Below, in pieces: positions 1 through 7,796 of a stretch of DNA of 64,000 nucleotides. Within the stretch, counting starts at the first letter, position 1. The number at the start of each line of letters is the position of its first letter. A program made the position numbers and the translations under genes. The DNA comes from Candidatus Latescibacterota bacterium (GTDB taxonomy: Bacteria; Latescibacterota; UBA2968; UBA8231): positions 4,832,001 to 4,896,000 of the forward strand of contig OZ244561.1 in NCBI GenBank assembly GCA_965217585.1, written 5' to 3'. Under the pieces are notes generated by a model that was not told where the DNA came from, did no database searches, and saw only the letters and a program-made list of their open reading frames with translations.

Positions 1-227
1 TTCTGCGTTGCTTGGGGCGTCAAACACCTCCGGGGACGGATTCATGGCGTACCGAACTCGTGAGAGACGGATTGGCTGTGGACGATGTAGAGATTAGAGA
101 TGCCGCGGTGCAGGCGGCGGAATCTTGGGGTGATCGAAGCTTGGCGGATGTTATGAAAGCACATAGCGAAGCCGAGCCGTGGCTGCGAGAGTACATTGAG
201 GATGTCATCAGCGATTTAAGAGAATAG
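1..227 (+). CDS. Partial (5' truncated) helical HEAT-repeat-like protein
   Basis: Frame open from window edge; DDVEIRDAAVQAAESW resembles a HEAT/ARM helix pair; stop 3 nt before next gene. Confidence 0.55.
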   Translation, partial: LRCLGRQTPPGTDSWRTELVRDGLAVDDVEIRDAAVQAAESWGDRSLADVMKAHSEAEPWLREYIEDVISDLRE

Positions 228-230
228 CCT

Positions 231-767
231 GTGTTCCTAGCCCGTAAAATCTCGCTCGCGAAGTGGTCGAAAAAAGGCGAGTTGGCGGAGGGCGAGATTC
301 CGGCAGATGCCGTGACCGCGGACCTGCGAACGCAAGACAACAAGCTTTTATTCTGGAGATGCGGCGACGGGGAGGGAATAGAAGTCAACGAGGCCGTACT
401 GGCACTAGCCGCCGCGGGAACTAGCGTCGATAAAATTGATGTTGTTTGGTTGGCTGCCGATGAACTACGCTCCGACGGTCAAACTTTGCAAGATACCAAG
501 GGACGAACCCCTGTCCTTGAGTTGGCCGAATTACACGTTGATGTGTGCCGATTGGATTACATGCGCCTCGGAAAGGTCGCTCAACACATTTTTACCGCAA
601 TCCAAAAGGATCAGTACCTTCGGCTTGGGAAAGCGCGTGTCAAGCAACTCTTGGCGGAGGCGGTCAAACAAGAGCGTATTAACCCTAACGATCTCCAGAA
701 GCGCGTTCGTGAGGAGCCAGGGCAATCGCATCAAAAGTGCCCAGCGGACAATACTTTAGCCAAATAG
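231..767 (+). CDS. Hypothetical protein, possible ADP-ribosyltransferase-like fold; C-terminus altered by ISAs1 insertion
   Basis: GTG start directly after upstream stop; N-terminal ARKI, LRTQDNKLLFW and late LHVDV pattern; native end REELGL* can be rebuilt across the IS. Confidence 0.6.
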   Translation: MFLARKISLAKWSKKGELAEGEIPADAVTADLRTQDNKLLFWRCGDGEGIEVNEAVLALAAAGTSVDKIDVVWLAADELRSDGQTLQDTKGRTPVLELAELHVDVCRLDYMRLGKVAQHIFTAIQKDQYLRLGKARVKQLLAEAVKQERINPNDLQKRVREEPGQSHQKCPADNTLAK

Positions 768-1978
768 GTGTTATCCCATCCGGCCTTGAGCCGTTTGGTC
801 TGGACGCCGACCTTGGCCGTCTTCTCTTGCTGGAGCAGACTCACGGCAATCTGTCGCAGGAGGGCCATATTTTCCGGGGCATGGCCGGTGCGTACCCGTG
901 AGTCATCTTCACGGAAGACCACATCCAGTATCCAGTGCAAGGAATTTTCAATGCTCCAATGACTACGCACCGCTTCACCAAACCGCTGGGCATCGTTGTC
1001 CAGGCTGGAGATATAGTAGCGTCGTTCCACGGAGACTTGATCGCCTACCTGTCGCTGGGCTTCAACCATACCGAACAAGCCTAAGCCCTTCCAAGCGGTC
1101 CCATCGGCAAAAGCGTCGACCTGATCGGTGGTCCAGTACCGGCGGGTCTCAATGCGGCCGTGGTTTTCATCGTAGGTCTCAAACATGTCGACCGATAGAT
1201 CCTGATGCAGTTGAGGCTCCCCTCGGTCGAAGACCTGACGCAGATGATGCAACAGCTTGGGCTGATTAGCCTTGACGGCCAGTACGTAGTCGCCTTGCCG
1301 GTCGATGACCTGTTCGGCCACGCTTTTGTGGCAGCCGATGGCATCGACGGTGACGATGCAGCCTTTGAGCGCCAGCACACGCAGCAGTTCGGGAATGAGG
1401 GTGATCTCGTCCAGACCGCCTTCACAGTGGAACTGGCCTAACACCAGTCGGTTTTTCACCGCCCAGGCATTGACCATATGTACGGCTGCTTTACCCGAGG
1501 TTCGGTCATAAGAGTGGCGCAACGTTTTGCCATCAATAGGCACAATCTCTTCCTCAAGCTTGGGGAGGAGGGATTGGACCCAAGCACTGAAACAGTCCTG
1601 GAAATGCTCGGGCGAGATCCGGGCGAAGACGCGGCCGAAGGTGTCATGGGAAGGAATGCCATTGGGCAACGCCAGAAAGGTTTTTAGCCAGTCGTATTTG
1701 GATCGCCCAAACTCAGCGATATGCACCCAGTTGTCGGCCCCGCAGATCGCGCCACACACGGCAATGACCACAATATCGATGAGACGATGCCTTTGGCTGC
1801 GCTCGATACGGGGATCGGGTACCTGGGAAAAATGTTCAATCAGTGAATCAGCCGAAGGTGCCATGGGGAAACGTTCCAAGAGAAGGGGAGAGAAGCAGCG
1901 CACCAGCGCTATCGAAAAAGACACAGAAAATATAACATAACCCTATGACAAATCTCAATTTTTGGTGCGATTGCCCTG
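718..1978 (-). mobile_element. ISAs1-family insertion sequence (1261 bp)
   Basis: Terminal IRs CAGGGCAATCGCATCAAAA (718-736) and reverse complement of 1960-1978, CAGGGCAATCGCACCAAAA (18/19 match); 10-bp TSD CGTGAGGAGC at 708-717 and 1979-1988. Confidence 0.97.
731..1864 (-). CDS. ISAs1-family (H-repeat) DDE transposase
   Basis: DPR..HRL.DI, GIPSHDTF.RVF, IDGKTLR, VTVDAIGC, R.HW.IEN.LHW.LDV.F.ED motifs; likely start MAPSADS at 1864. Confidence 0.96.
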   Translation of the reverse strand: MAPSADSLIEHFSQVPDPRIERSQRHRLIDIVVIAVCGAICGADNWVHIAEFGRSKYDWLKTFLALPNGIPSHDTFGRVFARISPEHFQDCFSAWVQSLLPKLEEEIVPIDGKTLRHSYDRTSGKAAVHMVNAWAVKNRLVLGQFHCEGGLDEITLIPELLRVLALKGCIVTVDAIGCHKSVAEQVIDRQGDYVLAVKANQPKLLHHLRQVFDRGEPQLHQDLSVDMFETYDENHGRIETRRYWTTDQVDAFADGTAWKGLGLFGMVEAQRQVGDQVSVERRYYISSLDNDAQRFGEAVRSHWSIENSLHWILDVVFREDDSRVRTGHAPENMALLRQIAVSLLQQEKTAKVGVQTKRLKAGWDNTYLAKVLSAGHF

Positions 1979-2064
1979 CGTGAGGAGCTTGGTCTGTGAG
2001 ACGGAGAAGCCAAGTCAAGATAGAGGAAATAGCGGTAGTGGTTCAGTTTGAAATCTTATAGTCT

Positions 2065-2092
2065 TTGACGCAACGCACACAAAGTATAAAAT
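2065..2092 (+). promoter_or_regulatory. Sigma70-like promoter inside the left end of the cargo element
   Basis: TTGACG (2065-2070), 16-nt spacer, TAAAAT (2087-2092). Confidence 0.55.
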
Positions 2093-2113
2093 TAAACGCA
2101 GTAGCACTTCATA

Positions 2114-2185
2114 GCCCCGCTGGCTTCCTCACGGAGAAAGCGGGGCGTCCCCTCTGCCCTTTAGCGTTAGCCGACGCTAAAGGGC
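2114..2185 (+). other. Two GC-rich stem-loops in the leader of the cargo genes
   Basis: GCCCCGCT...AGCGGGGC (2114-2146) and perfect 12-bp stem GCCCTTTAGCGT-tagccg-ACGCTAAAGGGC (2156-2185). Confidence 0.7.
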
Positions 2186-2208
2186 GTAACCACGGGAGAC
2201 CAATTCCT

Positions 2209-2565
2209 ATGGCTACTTCCAATATTACCATTTCTCCCCAGCTTCAACAAACTCCTCGCCCTGACATTGGCGATCTTGTCGTTTGCCGAATAATTTCGCC
2301 CAAGGAGCACAGTTATTGGGTTGTTAAAGAGGTGTCGATGGTTGACAGTGTCGGTACGATCACGCATGTGTGCGCGGTTGGTTCTCCCCATGTGCAAAGC
2401 AAGATGTCCGAATTCGCCGAATATAAAACACCTCTCGATCAAGCGCTTATGAAGGGATTTGTCCACGCCCATCATGTTCAGCGCGACCACGCTGGAAGGA
2501 TTGATAAGGTGTTACCTGCCAACTGTGACATAAACCAATTCTTCGATATTTTCGAGTGTCGATAG
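2209..2565 (+). CDS. Orphan hypothetical protein (cargo gene 1, 118 aa)
   Basis: ATG at 2209 with GGGAG RBS upstream; no recognisable family. Confidence 0.55.
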   Translation: MATSNITISPQLQQTPRPDIGDLVVCRIISPKEHSYWVVKEVSMVDSVGTITHVCAVGSPHVQSKMSEFAEYKTPLDQALMKGFVHAHHVQRDHAGRIDKVLPANCDINQFFDIFECR

Positions 2566-2672
2566 CCCGACAATGACTCCAGATGACTTCGACGAATACA
2601 CTGATAGAGAAATCATCATAACGGTCAATAGCCTGTTGCAGGCGAATCGCCTCTTTACAGAAAGGAAGCACA

Positions 2673-3197
2673 ATGATAATCATCCTTATTGCACTTATGC
2701 TATTGCTATGTGTTCCGATGGAAAGTTGGACCAAGCACAAACCAATGGATAAACACCTAATTATTTATATTTTTCAGCAAATGTTTAAAGAAGTTGGCGG
2801 ACCCGAAACAGTACATATCGTACTTAGCGCGATTCAAGAATCAAAAACAGACGACGATCTTGAAATAGTGCTAAAGGCCGCCAAAATAGACCCCAAAAAA
2901 GCAATGAGAGCATTTACAGGGTCATCCATTGTCCTTCAAATGGTCAATGGTGGAATACCAACAGACCAAGCAATAGCAATCACAAAACAAACTCTACCAG
3001 AGGAATTAGAAAAAGATTATTCTGCTGCTTCTGTCCTTGTACTAGCCTTTAAAAACAAAGGGGAACCCATAGACTCAACTAAGGTAGCCAAGACATTGCG
3101 ACAGGCCGAACTATTACTACATACAGGACTCGATTCTAAAGTATCATTTAAAGAAAATGGCCTCGACTTAAATGTATTATTACATAAAGAGGACTAG
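2673..3197 (+). CDS. Orphan protein with N-terminal hydrophobic segment (cargo gene 2)
   Basis: AAGGAAG RBS; MIIILIALMLLLC signal/TM-like start; AT-rich codons. Confidence 0.65.
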   Translation: MIIILIALMLLLCVPMESWTKHKPMDKHLIIYIFQQMFKEVGGPETVHIVLSAIQESKTDDDLEIVLKAAKIDPKKAMRAFTGSSIVLQMVNGGIPTDQAIAITKQTLPEELEKDYSAASVLVLAFKNKGEPIDSTKVAKTLRQAELLLHTGLDSKVSFKENGLDLNVLLHKED

Positions 3198-3249
3198 AAC
3201 TAATATCCAATGGAAATATTTTTCAAACTGAACCACTACCAAATAGCCA

Positions 3250-3522
3250 ATGGAGATTCATACTTACCGGAGCGTCTGGGATGCCATTGCGGATAGCCCC
3301 GAAGAAGCGGCCAATCTCAAGTTCCGCTCTCAGCTAATGGATGCCATAAAGGCATACATTGATCACGAAAATATCACTCAGAAAGAGGCCGCCAAACGGC
3401 TTGGTGTGCCGCAATCGCGTGTGAGTGAACTCGTCAATGGCCGAATCAGCAAATTCACCATCGACAAGCTAGTGAACATGGCCGCACGGGTTGGGCTGAC
3501 TACTCGGATTACTGTCAGATAG
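3250..3522 (+). CDS. XRE/HTH_37 HigA-like antitoxin or regulator
   Basis: SVWDAIAD.PEEAANLK.R...ITQKEAAKRLGVPQSRVSEL.NG.I.KF.IDKL signature. Confidence 0.9.
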   Translation: MEIHTYRSVWDAIADSPEEAANLKFRSQLMDAIKAYIDHENITQKEAAKRLGVPQSRVSELVNGRISKFTIDKLVNMAARVGLTTRITVR

Positions 3523-3534
3523 GAGATCAACCCC

Positions 3535-3756
3535 ATGTACCAGATAACCGCTCGCGTACCCGATGACCTAGCCAAAGCACTAGACGAGGCCGCTGCGGAG
3601 CTCAAACGGAGCCGCGCCGCCATCATTCGCCAAGCATTGGAGCGATACCTAGAGGATCTCGACGACCTCAGCGTAGCTTTGGAGCGGCTGCGCGATCCTG
3701 CCGACCCGGTGCTGGATTGGGATCAGGTCCGGCATGAACTACTCAATTCGGATTAA
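3535..3756 (+). CDS. Ribbon-helix-helix (CopG/RelB-like) antitoxin
   Basis: QITARVPDDLAKALDEAA...RSRAAIIRQALERYLEDLDD pattern; AGGAG RBS. Confidence 0.88.
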   Translation: MYQITARVPDDLAKALDEAAAELKRSRAAIIRQALERYLEDLDDLSVALERLRDPADPVLDWDQVRHELLNSD

Positions 3757-3772
3757 GCGCCACGCCGCCACA
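3734..3772 (+). pseudogene. N-terminal remnant of a RelE/ParE-family toxin
   Basis: MNYSIRIKRHAA overlaps the antitoxin 3' end as in relBE operons, then runs into the RBS of the next gene. Confidence 0.65.
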
Positions 3773-3784
3773 AGGAGAAACACC

Positions 3785-4654
3785 ATGCGCTATCGGAGAT
3801 TTGGGCGCACGGAATTGCAGGTGAGCGCAGTCAGCTTGGGTGGGGCCTACTTGGGGGGCAAGGAGGATCCGGAGCGCGCCGAGGAAAACGCTCGGGCGAT
3901 TGTGCGGTGCGCGTTGGATTTGGGCTGCAATTACATCGATACAGCACCACTCTACGGGGCGAGCGAAGAACTGCTGGGCAAGGCCCTAGCGGGGGAGCGC
4001 CGCCCTTTTTATTTGGCGACCAAGGTAGGGTTTAAGCCGGAAGACTTTGACTACCGGCGCGATTCGGTCTTGCAGAGCTTGGAGCGCAGTCTGGCATTGT
4101 TGGGACTAACTAAGCTGACGGTAGCGCAGATCCACGAGGTGAACATAGCGGGCTGGGAGCGGATCGTGGAAAAGGGCGGGACTTTGGAGGGCTTGCGCGC
4201 CGCGCAAAAACAGGGGTTGTGCGATTTTATCGGCGTGACGGGCCGGGCCATCCCCTTGTTGGCGCGGCTGGCGGCGACTGGCGAATTCGACGCGGTGCTG
4301 TGCTACCACGACTACCATCCCTGTGTGCAGTTAGCGGCGGAGGCCGTCTTGCCGGCCGCCGCGCAAAGCGATATGGGCGTGGTGCTAGCGACGGTGTTGG
4401 CTGGGGGTATGTACGTCGCTGGCAAGGACCAGCGCGCGGCGGTGGAGCGTCGGTTTGAACGCGAGGAAGAGCGGCAGCGGGCATGGGCGATTATCGAGCA
4501 GCTAACGCAACAGGATGCGACGCTACCGCAGAGCGCGTTTCGCTGGGTCTTGGCCGACGAGCGGGTCTCGACCGCGTCCAGTGGCGCGGCGAGCGTGGCG
4601 GAGCTAGAGGAAGTGGCGCAGGCCGGGGATATGACGCCGCTGGAGCGCTGGTAG
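3785..4654 (+). CDS. Aldo/keto reductase
   Basis: MRYRRFGRTELQVSAVSLG, NYIDTAPLYG.SE, ATKVG; AAGGAGA RBS before ATG 3785. Confidence 0.93.
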   Translation: MRYRRFGRTELQVSAVSLGGAYLGGKEDPERAEENARAIVRCALDLGCNYIDTAPLYGASEELLGKALAGERRPFYLATKVGFKPEDFDYRRDSVLQSLERSLALLGLTKLTVAQIHEVNIAGWERIVEKGGTLEGLRAAQKQGLCDFIGVTGRAIPLLARLAATGEFDAVLCYHDYHPCVQLAAEAVLPAAAQSDMGVVLATVLAGGMYVAGKDQRAAVERRFEREEERQRAWAIIEQLTQQDATLPQSAFRWVLADERVSTASSGAASVAELEEVAQAGDMTPLERW

Positions 4655-4679
4655 GGGCGACCGGCCGGGTCGCCCCTAC
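4651..4679. repeat. GTAG-type REP-like palindrome between convergent genes
   Basis: GTAGGGGCGACC-ggccg-GGTCGCCCCTAC, 12-bp perfect arms. Confidence 0.75.
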
Positions 4680-5728
4680 ATCCAGCCGTGCTGGATGGTC
4701 ACAGGCGCGCCGGAACTCTGGGTCTGCCAATGCGGCCTGCGGCCTATTTTGACCTCGCGGCGGGTGAGGGACGAGGCTTCGGCGGCGAAGAGGATTTCCA
4801 TGATGTGCCGCCCGTATTGGCCGTGGGTCGGCGGCTCGATATTGAGCGCGATGGCCTCGGCAAAACTCTTCCACTCGTGGTACATCTCGGTCGGCGCGTC
4901 CTCAAAAGGGACGTCTTCCCACGTATCGCCCTGGCCTACTTTGACGTATTTCTCGCCGTGCTGACTGAAGCGCAGCGAGCCGTTGGCGCAAATCACTTGG
5001 CATTCAAAATTCGGCGCTCCGTCGGCGTAGCCTATGGCTACAGCCGTGCCGGCGAGGCCGTTCTTGTAGCGGATAAAGGCCGTGGCCGAATCGTCGCCGG
5101 CTTGGTAGTGAGCGCGGGTGCCGATGGAGGCCGAGACCGACGCGGCTTGCGAAGCCATCACCCACGTGAGCCGGTCGACGACGTGGACGCCATTGGTCAA
5201 CCACATGCCGCCGCCGTGGAAGCGACTGCGGTACTGGGGCCGCCGCCCGGCGAAATTCCAGTTTTTCGACATGTAGCTGACCGCCGTAATCACCGGGCCG
5301 AGCTGGCCGGAGTCGAGGATTTCCTTGGCCTTGAGGCTGGTGCTGTAAAAGTGCTGCGACAGCCCGACCATCAGCTTGACATTGTTTTCGGCAGCGGCGG
5401 CGACCATGGCGTCGCATTGCTCTAGGCTGATGGCCATGGGCTTTTCGACGAGCACGTGCTTGCCGGCGCGGCAGGCATCGATGGTGAGCTGGTGGTGGAG
5501 TTGGTGCCCGAGCACGACGGCGACCGCATCGACATCGGCAGCGGCCAAGAGTTCGTGGTGGGTTGGATAGCCCTTGGGGATGTGGTACTTGCCCATGTAC
5601 TCGCGCCGCTTCTCCTCGAACAGATCGGCGACCGCGACGACTTCTACTTGGTCGAGCTGGGCGATTGAATCGCAGTGAGAGCGGGCGATGCCGCCGAGGC
5701 CAATGATGCCGACTTTGAGAGCTGCCAT
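4676..5728 (-). CDS. Gfo/Idh/MocA family oxidoreductase
   Basis: KVGIIGLGGIA Rossmann motif, GKHVLVEKPMA, GGGMWLTNGVH. Confidence 0.93.
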   Translation of the reverse strand: MAALKVGIIGLGGIARSHCDSIAQLDQVEVVAVADLFEEKRREYMGKYHIPKGYPTHHELLAAADVDAVAVVLGHQLHHQLTIDACRAGKHVLVEKPMAISLEQCDAMVAAAAENNVKLMVGLSQHFYSTSLKAKEILDSGQLGPVITAVSYMSKNWNFAGRRPQYRSRFHGGGMWLTNGVHVVDRLTWVMASQAASVSASIGTRAHYQAGDDSATAFIRYKNGLAGTAVAIGYADGAPNFECQVICANGSLRFSQHGEKYVKVGQGDTWEDVPFEDAPTEMYHEWKSFAEAIALNIEPPTHGQYGRHIMEILFAAEASSLTRREVKIGRRPHWQTQSSGAPVTIQHGWM

Positions 5729-5839
5729 TATGGTATCCTTTGGTGTGAATGTAAGGTGCGCTAAGTATAGGCGGCGGCTTGGTAGGCGACAAATCGCCGC
5801 CTATTTGCGCCGATATACACAATGTCCTAAGATGCTCTG

Positions 5840-7783
5840 ATGCCCGGTAATTTTACCTATCGCTCGTTCGCTTTTGGGGCCTTGCTGTCGCTGGCGATCA
5901 ACGTGTTTTTCGCCTATGCGCGGCTGGCGATGGCCACCGCGGGCATGTCCTCCGATTACATCACCGCCGGAGCGGTTTTCCTGTTCTTCCTGGTGGTGGC
6001 GTTTTTCAATCCCGCGCTCAAGCTGCTTCGCCGTTCTTGGGGCTTTAACCGCTCCGAGTTGATTATCATCTACGCGATGATGATCATCGGTTCTGCCATT
6101 CCCACGTGGGGTTTTACGGGCAATTTGATCGCCATGTTGCCCAATATCTACTACTATGCCACCCCCGAGAACAACTGGTCGGAGCTGCTGCATCCCTACG
6201 TCCGCGAGTGGATGGTGCCGCAGGACCCAGACGCGATTAAGTACTTCTTCGAGGGCCTGCCCAAGGGGCAGCCCATCCCCTGGGAACACTGGATGGTGCC
6301 GCTTGCGGCTTGGGTCTCGTTTATTCTGTCGATCTACCTGATGATGATTGCCATCGCGTCGATAGTCCGCCGCCAGTGGGTTGACTACGACCGCTTGACC
6401 TTTCCGCTGTTGCAGCTACCCATCGACCTGACCGAAGAAGGCAAGAGCGGGTCCATCGTCGTCCCGCTGTTCAAAAGGCCGCTTTTGTGGATCGGGTTCG
6501 CGCTGCCCTTGGTGCTGTACAGCACCAACGCCTTACACCACTATTTCCCCTTCATCCCGGCGGTGCAGTTGCGCCACAGCATCTCGCTGTTTAACAACGC
6601 GCTGGGGCTGACGACCAACGTGAACTTTGTGGCGCTGGGACTGGCGTACTTTTTGAGCTTAGACGTGGGGTTGAGCATCTGGCTCTTCCACTTGCTGACC
6701 AAAGCGCAGATGACCACTGAGAATATCCTCGGCTATTCGCTGCCCGGTCGCCGCGACTTGTTTATGGAAGGCTCGCTGCCGGTGTCCTACGAGGGGATGG
6801 GGGCCATGCTGGTGCTGGTGATCTACGGGCTGTGGAACAGCCGCGGCTATCTGCGGCGGGTCTGGCGCAAAGCCCTGTACAACGAGGGGGAATTGGACGA
6901 TTCGCAGGAGATTCTTTCGTATCGGGCGGCGATCGTCGTCTTGGTCTTGGCCAGCGCGTATGCCACCGGCTGGCTGACCTTATCGGGCGTGCCGTGGTGG
7001 GTCTCGCTGTTTTTTCTGTTTGTCGCCTTTTGCATCTTCTACGGGTTGACGCGGATCGTCGCCGAGGGCGGGTTGGGTTTTGCGCGGGCGCAGATGACGG
7101 CGCAGCCGTTTGTGATTGACGCGGTGGGCACGGAGGCGATCGGTCCGTCGGGGCTGGTGAGCTTGGGGATGACCTTTAGCTGGGCGGGCGATTTGCGGAC
7201 CATGGTGATGGTCTCGGCGATCAATGGTCTCAAGCTAGCCGATATTGGCCAAGTGCGGGGACGGCCGCTGTTTTGGGCACTGATGCTCTCGATTGTGGTC
7301 GGCTTGGCTGGTTCGGTGTGGATGGTGGTGTGGATGGGATACCAGTACGGGGGCATCAATTTGGACTGGTGGTTCTACAACCGCTTCGGCGAGATCGTCC
7401 ACGGCGACTCGGCCTACAAGATCGCCAACCCCAAGCATCCCCTAGGCGACTTCGACGAGATCGGGCCGCGCTTTTTATTCGCGGGGATCGGCGCGGGGAT
7501 CATGGGGCTGTTGATGTTCGCCCGGCATCATTTTCTCTGGTGGCCGGTGCATTACCTCGGCTTCCCCATCGGCGCGACCCTGACGATCATCTGGACGTGG
7601 TTCAGCATTTTCATCGGCTGGGTCTTGAAGGCGCTGGTGCTTAAATACGGCGGCGTGACGCTCTATAGACAGCTACGGCCGCTGTTTTTGGGGTTGATTT
7701 TGGGGCATATTTTCGTCTCGGGATTCTGGGTGCTTTTCGACTATATCACCGGGGAGACCGGCAATCGGATTCCGATTTTTTGA
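5840..7783 (+). CDS. DUF6785/DUF6784 polytopic membrane protein (putative transporter)
   Basis: YYYATPENNW, RQW...RLTFPL.QLP, WWPVHYLG, LKYGG..LYR.LRPLFLGLILG motifs; many TM helices. Confidence 0.85.
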   Translation: MPGNFTYRSFAFGALLSLAINVFFAYARLAMATAGMSSDYITAGAVFLFFLVVAFFNPALKLLRRSWGFNRSELIIIYAMMIIGSAIPTWGFTGNLIAMLPNIYYYATPENNWSELLHPYVREWMVPQDPDAIKYFFEGLPKGQPIPWEHWMVPLAAWVSFILSIYLMMIAIASIVRRQWVDYDRLTFPLLQLPIDLTEEGKSGSIVVPLFKRPLLWIGFALPLVLYSTNALHHYFPFIPAVQLRHSISLFNNALGLTTNVNFVALGLAYFLSLDVGLSIWLFHLLTKAQMTTENILGYSLPGRRDLFMEGSLPVSYEGMGAMLVLVIYGLWNSRGYLRRVWRKALYNEGELDDSQEILSYRAAIVVLVLASAYATGWLTLSGVPWWVSLFFLFVAFCIFYGLTRIVAEGGLGFARAQMTAQPFVIDAVGTEAIGPSGLVSLGMTFSWAGDLRTMVMVSAINGLKLADIGQVRGRPLFWALMLSIVVGLAGSVWMVVWMGYQYGGINLDWWFYNRFGEIVHGDSAYKIANPKHPLGDFDEIGPRFLFAGIGAGIMGLLMFARHHFLWWPVHYLGFPIGATLTIIWTWFSIFIGWVLKALVLKYGGVTLYRQLRPLFLGLILGHIFVSGFWVLFDYITGETGNRIPIF

Positions 7784-7796
7784 GGAGGAAAAACCA

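Larger units (their letters stand above)
2034..3240. mobile_element. Non-autonomous IS1-like cargo element (MIC/tIS-type), no transposase
   Basis: Perfect 20-bp IRs GGTAGTGGTTCAGTTTGAAA (2034-2053 and reverse complement at 3221-3240); direct repeat AAATAGC at 2027-2033 and 3241-3247; interior visibly AT-richer; GGnnnTG end fits IS1 family. Confidence 0.88.

Noticed and set aside
3734-4654. 306-aa ORF as a real toxin-reductase fusion
   Set aside because: A strong RBS precedes the ATG at 3785; the extension is better explained as a RelE remnant
5767-5804. Imperfect inverted repeat between divergent genes
   Set aside because: Could be an operator, but no adjacent regulator or second copy supports a call
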